A stretch of 64,000 bases of DNA. Origin: Podarcis cretensis. Lineage: Eukaryota. Both the position numbers and the translations under genes were made by a program. Positions 47,821 to 60,990 of this stretch are shown here, piece by piece (positions within the stretch are counted from its first letter, which is position 1; each line of letters opens with the position of its first letter). The stretch lies in the NCBI GenBank assembly GCA_951804945.1, contig OX638155.1, positions 37,572,001 to 37,636,000 of the forward strand, in the 5' to 3' direction. Below the pieces are notes generated by a model. It was not told the DNA's origin and searched no databases. It worked only from the letters and a program-made list of their open reading frames with translations.

Positions 47821-49662
47821 CTAAAAAACTGCAGGTTTTATTAACATAAATGTGTATGGGGAATGACTGGCAATGGCAAAATGTTGCAATAAAATAATCT
47901 AATCAAAGAATATTATTAAATTTAACATAGTATGCATCTGAAAGGTTTACTTGCTTCTTAGTCAGATATATGTGTGAAATATAAGCAGTAATGCACTTTT
48001 CTCTCTTTGTAAAGACTTGAGTAGTAAGGACATTACCGACCAAATTGCTTCTTCTAAACTGAAGTGAGTCCCGGTTTCTCTCATTTTAATGGGAGGGTAA
48101 TAAAGATGAAAGACTAACATTTTAACTGATGGATCCCTTAAGCTAGAGAAGAGAAATTTATTATGTTTTGAGGGGCTATGATAAATCCTGAATGTGAGTG
48201 CATGTTTGGGGTGATATGGTAACCTCAAGTAAAAGAAAAACAAAGCACACCATTAAAAGGGGGTGGGGAGCCATCCTCTTTTGTGGGCTTTGATCGTTTT
48301 TACACTGTTTTTATTTACTCTAAGGAAACAGATTCTATTAAGACATGATTTCAGTTCTCCCCACTCTTTATTTAGGAGCAAGTTCCATTTGGATTTACTG
48401 TGGATTCGGTGTTTGGAAGATAGCGGCCATTATAAGTAAAATGCTTGTGGAGATTAATTTTTTTTTACATCTGCTCCAAGGCCATTGTTTAAACATAGCC
48501 TGAAATTATAAGTAAAATAAGTTTGATGTTCTCAACACTTTCTTTAGGAGATTATTGTACACACTGAAAATACACTATCCATAATTCAACACAACTGTCA
48601 GCCTCAGTTTTAGAGAAGGGGGCTGGGGCCAAACAATCGTAGTGGATAAATTACTTCTCTTTTCTACAGAGAATGGCCTTCCTTCCATGTTGTGCTTAAG
48701 GTCATTGGCAGGGCAGCGTTGGGGCAGTTTGCACGGTAGTTAAATCTTATATGCCGTTTAAATATGCACTAAGTAATCCTCATTGTGAGGGGTAAATAGA
48801 AGATTAATTACTATTTTGTTTGATTTAAAAAACCACACACACCACTTTCAGATGTGGTATCTCTCACATGTGACCTGTATAGATAACTTGTTTAAACTGC
48901 CTTTAGTACTTTTAGATTTTATCACCCCACGCAAAAATCTAGATTTTAGGCTATATGTTAGTTTTTAGCATGTGGCAATAATGTTCTCACTGTTTAAAAC
49001 CCTTGTCCTGTCCCCAAAAAGTTCCATCAAACCCAGGCTAGAACAGCTATTAGTGTGCCCAGAATTTATTTTTATGTACTGCACAGTTGCAAGTAACTGC
49101 TTCTTATTAAATGAAAACCCTGCATTAGATACTTTAGAAACATTCCAGCTAATGAATATGTAATGTCCTTTGTGTAACAGGACTTCTTTTTGCGTTTGGA
49201 ACTAAAAGATGCTGGAAAGTTGACAAATTATATCATTTAAGACAGATGCCTGCCTTGGGGACATGATTTTTTTTTTTAAGGGTGGGGGGCTTCCTGTTTC
49301 TGGCTTTTATTTCAGTTACATTTGTAATTGCTACAGGAGCAGTACCTGTGTAGCGTTGTACCCCTTCACATAGTTAGTACTTCACATTAAATCAATGGAT
49401 GTGTGGCTTGTATCACAGCAGAGCAGGATTTAATGTAATTTTGTTTCAGCTAGTATGTTTTCTTCCCCACTTTTATCTCCTCCTGCACAAATAGTTTGTC
49501 ACTTTGCTTGTTTAAGGTATTTACACTTTGCCATTCTACTAAAACTATACAAAGCGACTAATGAAAAGGAGCTTAAAATAACCAAAATATAATAATCAAC
49601 ATATCGCGATCAAGTAAGTATTATCTGCAACAAAGGAGAAAGCAGGAGTCTAAATGACTATA

Positions 49663-49888
49663 TAGTGGTACCTCTGGTTACATACTTAATTCATTCCGGA
49701 GGTCCATTCTTAACCTGAAACTGTTCTTAACCTGAAGCACCACTTTAGCTAATGGGGCCTCCTGCTGCTGCTGCGCCGCCACCGTATGATTTCTGTTCTC
49801 ATCCTGAAGCAAAGTTCTTAACCCAAGGTACTATTTCTGGGTTAGCGGAGTCCGTAACCTGAAGCGTCTGTAACCCGAGGTACCACTG
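49663..49888 (-). mobile_element. Tc1/mariner (Tigger-like) MITE, same family as 14219
   Basis: tagtggtacctc...gaggtaccactg with TA TSDs. The interior is the reverse complement of the 14219-14443 element. Confidence 0.85.
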
Positions 49889-52800
49889 TATATCTCTCCC
49901 ACCCAAATTCTTAACCTAATGTTTTTCAAGTGCTGGGGATTTAGCTTTGTTCCATGCAGCTGAAACAGAAAGCATTAACAGCACAATCCTATGAATGTCT
50001 GTTCAAAATAGTTCCCCTTTGAGTTCAGTGGGACTATTTCCCAGGTAAGTTTGTATATAGAACTGCAGCCTAAAGCAGTGTCTGCACCAGCACGTAGACC
50101 ACCATATCCTACACCTAGTTTTCTAGAAGTATGTCCCATTGAATTTAATGGGACTTTACTTCCAAACAAATAAATGTCTTTGTTTTAGAGCTAGTTTTTT
50201 CATGCCATGTATGTACCTGTGCTGCTCAAGGCATACTCAAGGCATACACACAGTTGCCACCTGAAGATAAGCAGCTGAGCCACAAAAATATATCTTTATC
50301 AACTAACAGATCCATTGCTGGGTAATTGCTTCAGCCTGCCGTGTCAAGGGCCAAATTTGGATAGTTTGCTATTCCTTACCATGCCTCTCCAGCTATTGGG
50401 ACAAATGTTAGAAGAAAGTCGGTATCTCCTCAATAAGAGCTGAAAATGTCTGAATAACCACTGGAAATGTGCTGTGCTAAGGGACATTACCTAGAACATG
50501 GAACTAGGCTGGTCCACAGAAGATATATAACCCAGGAAAACGAGCTGGTGCTTATATCGTAAGTAGAAACAGGATGAATGCAGGATCCTGCTGTCACACA
50601 TTGCAAAAAATAATAATTCTAGACATTTGAAATGTTACTGTTGTTTCAGAGTCCAGCCCAGAGGAAATGGTGATCATGTCTAACCATGACCAGTAGATAA
50701 GACCGAGCTAAGTCACTGTTGACATTCAAGCATTGTTTTTGAAGGTGGCTGAAAGAAAGTACATGCACTATGGAATCGCCCCATATATGTTACTTAACTC
50801 CATCCACAGGCCTCTTACATGTTTCCTTGAAAATGTACCTCTGAGGGATTCACTCATGTAGGAAGAAATAGCATACACAGGAAATTGGTGCACTGCCTGG
50901 AAGCAGTAACACAGAACACACAGAACAGTTCTGAGTGATGTCAGCATGCCTCTGGTGGGCTGTAAGGTACAAGACCGAAAACAAGCTTAATCCAGTCATC
51001 CACAAAGTATTGGTAACTGCAAAAGCATACTGCTTGTCATGCCTTAGCTAACACCATGAAAATATAGTAATTTTTTAAAATAAAAAACCACCCATGACCT
51101 CAATAAATTTACATGGATTTATTGCCATGGCTATCCCTGGTAGCAGGGTGTAAAATAGCCCAAGAGCCTATCCTAGAAAAGGAAAAGAAACACTGGTCCT
51201 GGAAACCTGTTTGCCTTATTTATTGCCACCCTACCTCTTGATACCTAAACACATAGCCCCATTTGAAACTGCAGTTAATATATTTTGCTTGAATCATCGT
51301 AAACAAAGGTTTTCTATGCTCCATTAACACTGTGCAGCTATAAATGGGGGGCATATTTGATATTTGTACTGTTACCTTGAAAATCCATTTAAAATATATT
51401 GAAAAACAGAACAGAACATTCTGCTGGTGTAGCATAGTCATAGGGAAACTGCTCCTCTTGTTCTCTAAAATCCACAGATAAGTTCCACTTCAAATATGCC
51501 TACTTAGAGTAGCATGCAAATATCTAACTTGGTCCCATAGCATTCGCACACACAGTCTCCATCACCACTTTTTGACAATGCAGATCACCTGTTGTTCTTT
51601 TTCATGAAGATGAATGCCAGTGTTAGAGCTGGCACAGCACTGCCCATATCTTTGCACTCCATATGTTTCCCATGGGAAACAGGAAATATGAATGCCCTCT
51701 GGGTGCTGGCTATGGTGCTTCGGAATGGATTGTGCAAAATTGGTTCTTACTCATAATGGAATTCATATAAACCTGTTTCTATATGTGAATTTCACACTCA
51801 GGATCAAGTTAAAAGGTTGACTTTGTGCACAATGTAAGCTAAAACATGACTTTGTGTGAATGTGTGGACTCCTGGAGAGGAGTTTCTAAACCAAGAAGAA
51901 ACTGGTTACAGCTCATGGTTTGTCCAGAGCAAGACAAACTATGAATCCAGGTTCAAATTACACACAAAGCCAAACCATGGTTTAACTTACAGCAGCTATA
52001 TCAACATTTATCAAGTCAGCTGTGATCACCTCAAAGATCACCTCATTCATGCTTGGTTTGGCTTAGCATTATATATAAATCTGGTCATAATGTCTTCAAG
52101 AGTTCTCTTTCATGTGTGAAAAACATAGAATACCCAAGTTTTTAGCCACAGATGATACTGAAATAGGGTGGTAAATAAGTGGTATGAGCTACTACCCTTC
52201 CCCACAAAGCAAGCCCAGGCCACCACTTGAAGGACCAATTGCGGAGTCCCAGTCACGATTCCAGAATGACATGAACCAGACCTCCACATGACTGCTTGGT
52301 TTAGAAAGAGACTTCATGTGATAAAGAGAAATGGCTTGTAACTCTTCATGTTATGTCAGTACTGCTTCCAACTGAATGTATGAATAAGGCCTCTATGGAC
52401 AACTGTTCAACTTCTGGAAGCTGCTTCCTGTCATTCCCATGTTGGCTACTCCCTGATTGTGATGACCTTAGTATGACGCCATACCCTTCTGTGATACCAT
52501 TCTATCCTCTTGCTGTGCCACGTAAAACTTCTACTTCTGTTTGCAGGAAACACACAACCCATTCATTGACCATAAGCAGGAAGCTGTTGCTGTGAATGTA
52601 GAATAAGTAGCTACCAGAAATGAGGTGACAGTCTTTTGAAAGCCTGTGTTATGGTCCTTAACAGCAGATTTTAGGAATAAACTTGCATTACTTTACAGAC
52701 ATAACGATTCCTCAGGAATGGCTAAGCCGTAGAAAAGAGGTGAGGAACATGTTATCTTTGAACTGCCCTGAGATCTGTCAATATAGGGTGGTATACTACT

Positions 52801-55628
52801 ACTACTACTAATAATAATAATAATAATAATAGCCCTCCAGAAACTGTTTGGACAGCATGTTCAATGTTTGGGGATTGTGAGTTTTTAGTCCAAAACATCT
52901 GGAAAATGCTATAAAGTTCAAATCCTGTAACCCTTATCACAGAAGGGGATGTAGCCCTTATCACATAATAATTTATGCAGAGTCCACTGAAAACCATGGC
53001 AGTCTACAGGATTCAGGGTCATAATTCCTTGTGTACAAGGAAGAAGTATCCAACAACAACATGTGGAAGCACTGATAATATTATTTCCATGTAAACCTAT
53101 AGTGATATTTTTTGATCGAACACAAAGAAAAACCACAGAGTTAAAAGATTAGGACTTTTGTTGAGCATGAACTAATCCCTTCTTATTTCCTTGCTACTTT
53201 TTCTTAACCAGCTTTCCAACACTTTGCCTTGTTTAGGGCTGTCTTCCTACAAGTGGTCCCTGGGCGGTTAGTACCTCCTGAATAGTTTCTTCAAGTCTCA
53301 AGGCTGTGGACCACAGGAAGCCCCACTTGCTTTTTTGCTCAGTTGGGGAATGTAACAGTGTGAGCCAATTTCTACCTTAACTTAGTGAGTAGAAGGCAGA
53401 AATTGGCTGACACAATTTGCACTTTACCTCTGCTTCAGTCTTTTCCGCTGAAGAAGAAGCTTTAGCAAAGCATGAGTCTGAGCTTATTTGCTGCCCTTTC
53501 ATCATGCGGGCTTGACTAAACGTACACAATGTGGAGCAGCCTTTGCTCAAGGCAAGAAGGAAGAGAGGTATTTCGCTTTCCATTGCAGTGTCATCCAGGT
53601 CATTCACTGAAATTATATAGGCAGTGGCTTCTACAATGTTAACAGCCAACTTTAGATTATTAACAGTGCTTTGGATAGCAGTTCATTTGCAATGCCCAAA
53701 TGCACTGAATTCTTCAAAATTATAAGGTATGGTAAAATAGACGGTCAAACCTCCTGGCCCCCTGGATGCAATAAGTGATATAATTAATCCTTTTTTCTCA
53801 TTTGTATTTTACCAGCAGTACACTAAACGACCTTTCCCTCTACTTTCTGATCTTTGCCTTAGTACAGGAGGGAAGAGGAAGGCGAGCGTGCCCTTATAGC
53901 AGACTTTAATTTTCGAGAAACAAAATTATTAGTAAATTTACAATTGGCATGCTTGTTCTCATCTAATAGATTACATTTTGAAATGAATTATACATTTTTT
54001 CAGCCTTTGCTTCCCCATAAGAACACTTTCAAAACCAAATAATCCACCAATTCTGAAAAACGCCTTCCCATAGCCTTCTACAATTTGAGAAATCATATTT
54101 TGCCAAATCTTCACTTTTGTAATTTCTTCTTCTTAAGCACTGTGTCTGTAATATTCTAAATGTGTTATGGGTTAGCCTAAACAAAGGTGGACTCCAGACA
54201 AGCCACATACATATAATTTGACCTGGAACTAAAGTAATCATATGCAATTTTTTTCTCAATTTATATTACTGTCTGTGTGTCTTGAAAACACCACCAGAGT
54301 TGGAGCAATTAGGTGAGTAAAGTTCAGCCTACCAATAATTTCAGTTTACTTGTGCTGTAATTCTGAAAAAAAAAACCTTTTGCAAGCGCAATACAGAACC
54401 TGTATGACAGGCCAGAGTTGTCTTTAAAGATTATACCACTGCCACTCACATAGAGGAACAAACAAGACGTCTTCCAGTTTAAAACCGGTTTGGCTGTTCA
54501 GCCACAGAAGTGACCACAGAAGAAACTTCATAGACAACATAGCCTATACATGAAGTTCTTTCTGGTGAATCTATATGGCTTTGCAGGTTGGCAATGGTCT
54601 GTTAAGATAAAGTGATTTAAACAGCAAGAAAGGAGTGGATTGAAGTACTAAACAGAAATGTTGAACGTAGTAGATCCAGACACTAAAGAGTTTTAATATA
54701 ATCCAGGAGAGTTGCACACCAAATTTGTGATTATTTTTCATTTACTTACAGATCCCGAGACAGCCTCCCCTTCTGTCTCCCCCCGCCTTTCCCCTCTCTC
54801 TCTGAAATAGAAGTGGCAATCCATTTTATGTATTTATTTATTTTACTGCTCCCTTGTTCAAATATGTTTGATTGAAAACCTTGCCTTTCAAAAATTAATG
54901 CAGAGAAGCACCACTTGAATGAAGGGGATGAAAACACACAGTGTGAATACAGTCTAACAAGCACTACTCACTAGAGTGAATGGGAAACATTGGAGGCATA
55001 AAATTGCAAGTGTTAATATGAACAAAATGGAAACCAGCCCACATACACTTTAACAGCCTAGTGTGGACACAACCTTTGATAATTTGTGCTGAATATTGCA
55101 AGGGTAGGAGAAATATGTAGGGTGCGTGTAGAAAATGACTAGGAATTCATTTTAATTCTTCATCTGCCGATGCCATCATAATCTTTTGTAAACTTAAGGA
55201 CAATTTCATATTTCAAAAGGAAAAGTTTGGGGTGGGGAGAGAATTGAAAGTGAGTGGCTCTGCTACATAAAGAGGGAATGTTTATAGCTTTGTTCTGTCA
55301 CATGTGAAAAGGTGCAGACGGAAGTATGGCAATCAGAGTAATTTTCAAAGGGTCAGGTAGCCAAAGAGTCCATGGGTCCAATGAATTTTACTATCACCAG
55401 ATGTGGAAAAAATGCTGATGCTATTTTCCAGCTTGCTCAAATACCAAGTAGAGAGATCTACAATGACACATCTAATACAAGAAACTGGATACACTATTTA
55501 TGCTTGTCACTGACTTACAGTGAGGTGGGCTTCCTTCCTTAATTGATGGCTTCATCATTTCAGTCAAGCAGCCGATGGCTACATTATCTTTACCAAATAA
55601 TCATGTGTTTCCCCCTCTCTTCCGCCAT

Positions 55629-55666
<38 letters not shown>

Positions 55667-55667
55667 T
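55629..55667. repeat. Compound (TC)n(TG)n microsatellite
   Basis: Direct reading. Confidence 0.9.
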
Positions 55668-57003
55668 ATGAATAGCCTCCGAGATACACTGTCTAAATTT
55701 TTAAGATAACGAACAGTGGATGCAGTATCTGTTGACTCAACACATTGCATTAATAAATGCTTATGGGCAACTGACATGTGCATCCAGTGACACCTTTAAG
55801 TATGCAATTAAAATTGGACAAGAGAGTCTACAGATACAAATAAATATTCAGTTCTACAAGGAGCTTTTGCACTGAATTGTAGAAATATTTTAATTCCGGA
55901 ATTTGCTCATAGACAGTTGAAATTAGGACACTGATGTGATGGTAGGAATAAAATGTGTACAAAAGGAAAGAAGGCAGATTGTGTCACGGTGGAGCCATGG
56001 CAGAGGTTTGACAGGAAATGCCTTTCCCAGTGTAGCTAAGCTGGATAGGAGAACCCTATTATATGGATGAGTGGGGCCAGTAGTGGCATCTTGTCATTCT
56101 AACTTGTGTAAGTAAGCAAGCTTAATTGCTCCTTGTCTTTTCAAGATGACTTTCCACCAACAATCTCATTATCACACACACATGTTTATTGCACATTTCC
56201 AAGGCCCTTCATGCAGACCTGAATGAAACTGGTGGAGAGATAATATTCATTTCTTCATAGCAGTACTGCTCCCGTCCCAGATGAAGGTGGCCTGCCCTTC
56301 ACTTTTGCTACCAAACATGACCAGAGGCAGTAGTATGTATGCAGGGAATGGAAGAAACAGAACTGGAGGGGCTAGCAAACTATCAAAATGTTAGTGTAGT
56401 GAAGAGGAAAAAGTAAATAGGATTTCTGCTTACCAAGATTAATATGTAGAGTTGCATGTTAACGTGTTTGTCATAGGATTCATTAATATGTATGCTCTTT
56501 CATTATGTATTTATTAGAAAAGCTTATAATCAAATGAATAGGAAATAATGTCACTGAAATTATATAACATCCAGTGTCACAGCAAATTGGAAGTTGAAAA
56601 AAACATATAAATTTATGTTTAATCTTTTGTTGCACCCAGACCCACAAGTTCCTTCCTTCCTTCCTTCCTGGTGACAGTATTGCCTAATGACCTGAGCAAA
56701 TATTTCCTATTGTGTAAATTTCAAGTGCAAGTTTCTATAAATAAACAACCTACTCCTTTGGCTAAAGAAGAGAGTTGTATCCAGTTTCTTCGTTGGCAAA
56801 CCATTCAGCCTAAAGTCCATACTGTTCTTCCTCTAGGAATCTAGAGATATCTTTTAATTTGAACTATGTTTTTTAGAATAGATGCTCTATAGCAGCAGCC
56901 ACCAATATGGTGCCCCTCAGATACTGCAAGTCCCATTATCCATTATCATTAGGCATGCTGTCTAGAGGAGGTCTCAGTTTTGGCTGCTATTGTGCTACAG
57001 CAT

Positions 57004-57012
57004 GAAAGAAAT

Positions 57013-57062
<50 letters not shown>
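57004..57062. repeat. (GAAA)n microsatellite
   Basis: Direct reading. Confidence 0.95.
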
Positions 57063-57334
57063 CCCATTATATCAGTTAGGGCACATATATACATTTGCAA
57101 GTTTGTAAGTCTTAGGAGCTAGAAACAATGTTTTGTGTGTTTATTTAATGGAATGTTCTATGTTCTTGTTGAGAAGTCTGCTTTTTTTAAGTTAAAGTTA
57201 TCAAATGGGTTCTGATCTGAACCATTTCTGCTCCAATATATCTCACTTCATGTTGTTGCCTTGGCCTTATTGCTCTGTCTCTGTTAATTCAGCAGATATC
57301 AATCACTGATTTGTCGGGACATATTAGGGTATGA

Positions 57335-57521
57335 TGGCTATGCTCTGCCTCTGCTGTCAGATGCAGTCTGGATACCTGGTGCTGGGAATCTCTAGCGGGG
57401 AGAGTGCAGCTGCACTCAGGTTGCACTTCTGGGCTTCCCATGAGCATCCCTTTGGTCACTGTGAGGATGCTGGACTAGGTGGGTGCTTGGCTGATCCAGC
57501 AGGGCTCTTATTATGTTCTTA
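57335..57521 (+). mobile_element. Retroposon 3' fragment (CR1-type tail ...cttattatgttctta); related decayed copy at about 3500-3680
   Basis: gggcttccca...gga(t)gctggactag...tgatccagcagggctcttattatgttctt, with similar motifs at 3590-3680. Confidence 0.5.
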
Positions 57522-57671
57522 GGGTAGGTTTGTCCCAGTGGTAAACAGCTAAAATTAAAATTAAATTGGCTTGTATAGTAGCTTATAAGTTAAAGGAGAA
57601 GAACAAGGGCTCTCAGAAGGACCCCAGGATCGGATGCTCCCAGTCAACAGAAGGCAATTGCTGCTACAGTG

Positions 57672-58292
57672 TGTCAAAGAGCAAGCCGGCATTAAATCAC
57701 ACCATTCAAAGTTGGAGTAAACTCTTTATTAGCAAAAGCGCGATCTTCTCATGCCTGAGTATTGAGCACAGCAACTCATCTCCAGTAGGTCGTCTTATCC
57801 CATGCATCAGTTGACGAGACTGAAAGTCTCTGCCTCCCCACAGCTGCCTTAAGTCCTCTCCTCTACAGGGTTTCCCCCCAAGCAATCAGAGACTGTGTCT
57901 GTGTGCAGCCAGCCTCTCCTCCGCCCCTTTCATGCCACTTCTGGTTCTGGGAGACAGGAGGAGGGGAGCTTGTTGCAGTAGGAGGAATAGACACCCATGA
58001 CTTTTCACCAGCCTGATACATCTCTGCTTGACTTATCTCTCTGGCTCATCTCTTGGCCTCCCTCCTCCCACTCAGCAGCTTCATCTTCTGCCTCCGATTC
58101 TGAACTTCTTTCTGCCACAGACTCACCTAGCTCACTGTTACCTCTTCAGCTTCTGACACCTCCTCCCAAGCTTCTCCCTCTGACCACTCATTGTTGTCCC
58201 ACCACCACTGCCCAGGCTTTGAGCATTCTTCCCTGAGTGGTTCCCTATCTGGTTCCTCCCAGCATTCCTCTGCATCCAACCAGTCCATGATA
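57672..58292 (-). mobile_element. Probable solo LTR
   Basis: Termini tgtca...tgata (TG..CA-like). Minus-strand AATAAA (tttatt at about 57725) near the 3' end, a purine-rich U3-like part, and a degenerate 5-bp flank cagtg/taatg. Confidence 0.5.
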
Positions 58293-59432
58293 TAATGTTT
58301 GCAATTTAGGTATCATAGTATCAATGTAATTGCCATAACAAATGTTTGTACATAACAAACATGACAAGAAAGGGGAGCAGATTCTGTATCTGATTCCAGA
58401 GTGAGATTATGCTGCTGAATTCGTCGAGCAATATATTGGCATTTACTAACAAAGAAACTATGGTAGATTGAAAATGTTTGCAAGACTTGTTGGGAAGAAC
58501 AATGTTCACAATAGCACAATAGGAAAGGAAAGAATGGGCTTAAATTTCTGGAAAGCAGGTTTAAGTTAAACATTAGTTAAATGTTTCAGTGAAACAAGAA
58601 ATCTAATGAGTTGTACAATCTTCTTACTTGGATGTTTTGAAGAAAAGGCTGAAGTGGCGCTTGTTAGAGATAGAGGTACGGTATTCTACTTTAGAACAAG
58701 CAATTAGACCAGATGATGGGCCAAACACTTGAAAATTCTGTGCTGTTATGATTCCAGAATTGTTAAAGCCATGTAATGACACCTTGGACAAAAGAATAAA
58801 ACTTTTGTATCCTCTCAGGGATCATCATATGCAGGGTGGGGGGGGGCTCTTTCCATAGGGAGCATATTATAAATTCTAGGAGAGGGACTCTAAAGACAGG
58901 CAAAGCAATATTTTCTCAAATCTTGCCAATGTGCATTGACCACAACTCAAACAGTAATTTAAAGGCATTTTAAACATTTTTAAAGCAAAGTAGGTGACCA
59001 CCTAGGAGGGCTTAGGTCAACGGGCTGAAAACCCTGCACAGATCCAGGTTTTCACATTGTGTTTGGCATGGCCAGTTTCTAGGGTACAATTTCACCTTGA
59101 CATAGGAAGATCTTACAATGCCTAGTTCCACCAGGTGGTAAAACCCCTTGTGCTAGCTCTGTTAATATGGGATGGAGGGAGAAAGAAGAAAAGCAAGTAT
59201 ATATTGTGCATGACAAGTACAGAGTTGTATAATTGGTTGTGTGTACATGCACTGCACAACAGAACACCATAATCTGTAAAAAATATAAATACTCATGGTC
59301 CAGTTCTAGCAGAAAAACTAAAAAGAGCTTCTCAGGTTCCAAGTTTGACAACAGAAAACTAACTTGAAAGTGCATGAAGAAATCCCTGAAAGAGTGAGGA
59401 CATGAACCTCAAAATAGTACGTTTGTTTTACC

Positions 59433-59533
59433 CACGGCTTTTTTTCAGCCAGAAATGGCGCCATTGCCATTATAGGAGAACAAAAGAGGTGTTCATGGTG
59501 AGTTCAGATGAGTTCTTGAGAAAACTAGCACAG
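59433..59533 (-). mobile_element. hAT-like non-autonomous element (internally deleted relative of 2701)
   Basis: Perfect 8-bp TSD gttttacc at 59425-59432 and 59534-59541. Shares gccattgccatt and gttcatggtgagttc with the reverse complement of 2701-2838. Confidence 0.75.
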
Positions 59534-59583
59534 GTTTTACCCATGCTAGGACTTTAGTTTCTTCCATTTGCAATGAAAACAGA

Positions 59584-59905
59584 TGAAATATACTCTGAGT
59601 CGAGTGTGGATTTCATGCTCTTTATTCAGCTCATAGTGCAAGGATTGAAAGTTCCCCCACAATATCTGCTTTATATACATTATTTACACAATGGGCCGCA
59701 CGTGATTGGCTAATTCTGGGATTTTCCTGTAGGCCAATCTGGTTGAGGATTCACTTCCACCTGGAGCTGGATTGGGTGGCTCCTGTGGACCAATCATACT
59801 GCTGCGTTGTTCTAGGACCAATTAGACTGCTGCATTCTGAATCCTATTGTTCTAGGACCAATCAGACTGCTGCATTTTGGATCCTATTCAACTCAGTACA
59901 TAACA
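59584..59905 (-). mobile_element. Solo LTR with tandem CCAAT-box repeats
   Basis: Termini TGaaatatac...tacataaCA and 5-bp flanks acaga/ccaga. Minus-strand TATA (tatataaag, about 59668-59677) is followed by AATAAA (about 59621-59626). Repeated ggaccaatcagactgctgc units. Confidence 0.7.
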
Positions 59906-60851
59906 CCAGATGTTGGAACACCACATACTGAACTGCAGTGGTCATGTGGCTTGTGGCCACATGAATGATTATCTGAATGATTATCCAAATGCTCCATTTA
60001 AAGATGTCCTGAGATCTGTGTCAGGTATAAATTCTTAAGAGTGGCATAAAAAAAACCCAATTTAACTTTGCAGAATATGGCATAGTGCAAGTGTGGCAAC
60101 AAACAATTCCAGTCCAAACATTTAGGACTGGTTGGGGCAGCTGTTGCAGCGCACACAAAAGGAAGTACGGGAAAGTAGCAGGTTATCATATCTTGCTGAA
60201 CAAGCTGTCAAAAAAAAAAATGGAGATTATGGACTTCAGCTTTTGGGTGCTGCTATTGCAGTATAAATGAACTACTGTATAAACAATACCTTTATTATTA
60301 TGTTCTGGCTTAAAAACACACACAAGTTTGGATGTGTTTTTCCTCTTTAGTGCATAATCGTGTTTTTGTTCCAGTATATCATTCATAATAGCTGCTTGTT
60401 ACATTTGAGTTCAAAATAGAAAGAAGAAGAAATGTTTCTAGATCTTTTTTCCATTTGCAATTCACAATGTCAAACATTTACTTTTTTAAAAAAGGTTCCA
60501 CTATGCGTATTTTATTATGATAAACTTTACAAGAACTGGGCAGGCCATACACAGCTTATGGGAACAGAAAGCTGGGGTTTCCTTTCCTATTCCTTTAGCC
60601 AATATTCTTATCTTGTATTTCAAAGGGCAATTTTTGAGACAACTATTGTTGAAACAAAATAAAACAAATTTACAAAATGAGTCTTTCCCTTGTCTCTGCT
60701 TGCATACATCACAGTATCAGTGAGACCTTGTTCACCACATCACCATCCTTCTCTGATATCAAAGTACTTATTCAAAGTGTTCCTAGATAAGCAGTAGAGA
60801 AAATAATCTGCTATCAATGAGTTTTCCTTTCTGCTTTTACATCTCTCCAAA

Positions 60852-60990
60852 CCAGCCTTTCCCAACCTTGTGTCCCCATATGTTACTGAACTACAACTCC
60901 CATCATCCCTCATGCCTGGTCATGCCGGCCAGGAATGATGTAGAGTTGTAGTCCAACAACATCTAGGGACCAAAGGTAGAGAAAGGCCAT
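60852..60990. mobile_element. Hairpin MITE (actacaactcccatcatcc...gatg..gagttgtagtcc family); decayed relatives at about 2270-2385, 19745-19845, 52830-52915 and 56895-56990
   Basis: Long imperfect inverted repeat: cagcctttcccaacctt / aaggtagagaaaggc and actacaactc / gagttgtagt. Confidence 0.65.

Noticed and set aside
53377-53649. 90-aa minus ORF with VNDLDD resembling the CR1 reverse-transcriptase INDLD motif
   Set aside because: The similarity is only a few residues, there is no FADD motif, and no other RT context is present.
59780-59890. Short direct repeats with spacers, superficially CRISPR-like
   Set aside because: Eukaryotic LTR U3 sub-repeats. The spacers are not unique and there are no cas genes.
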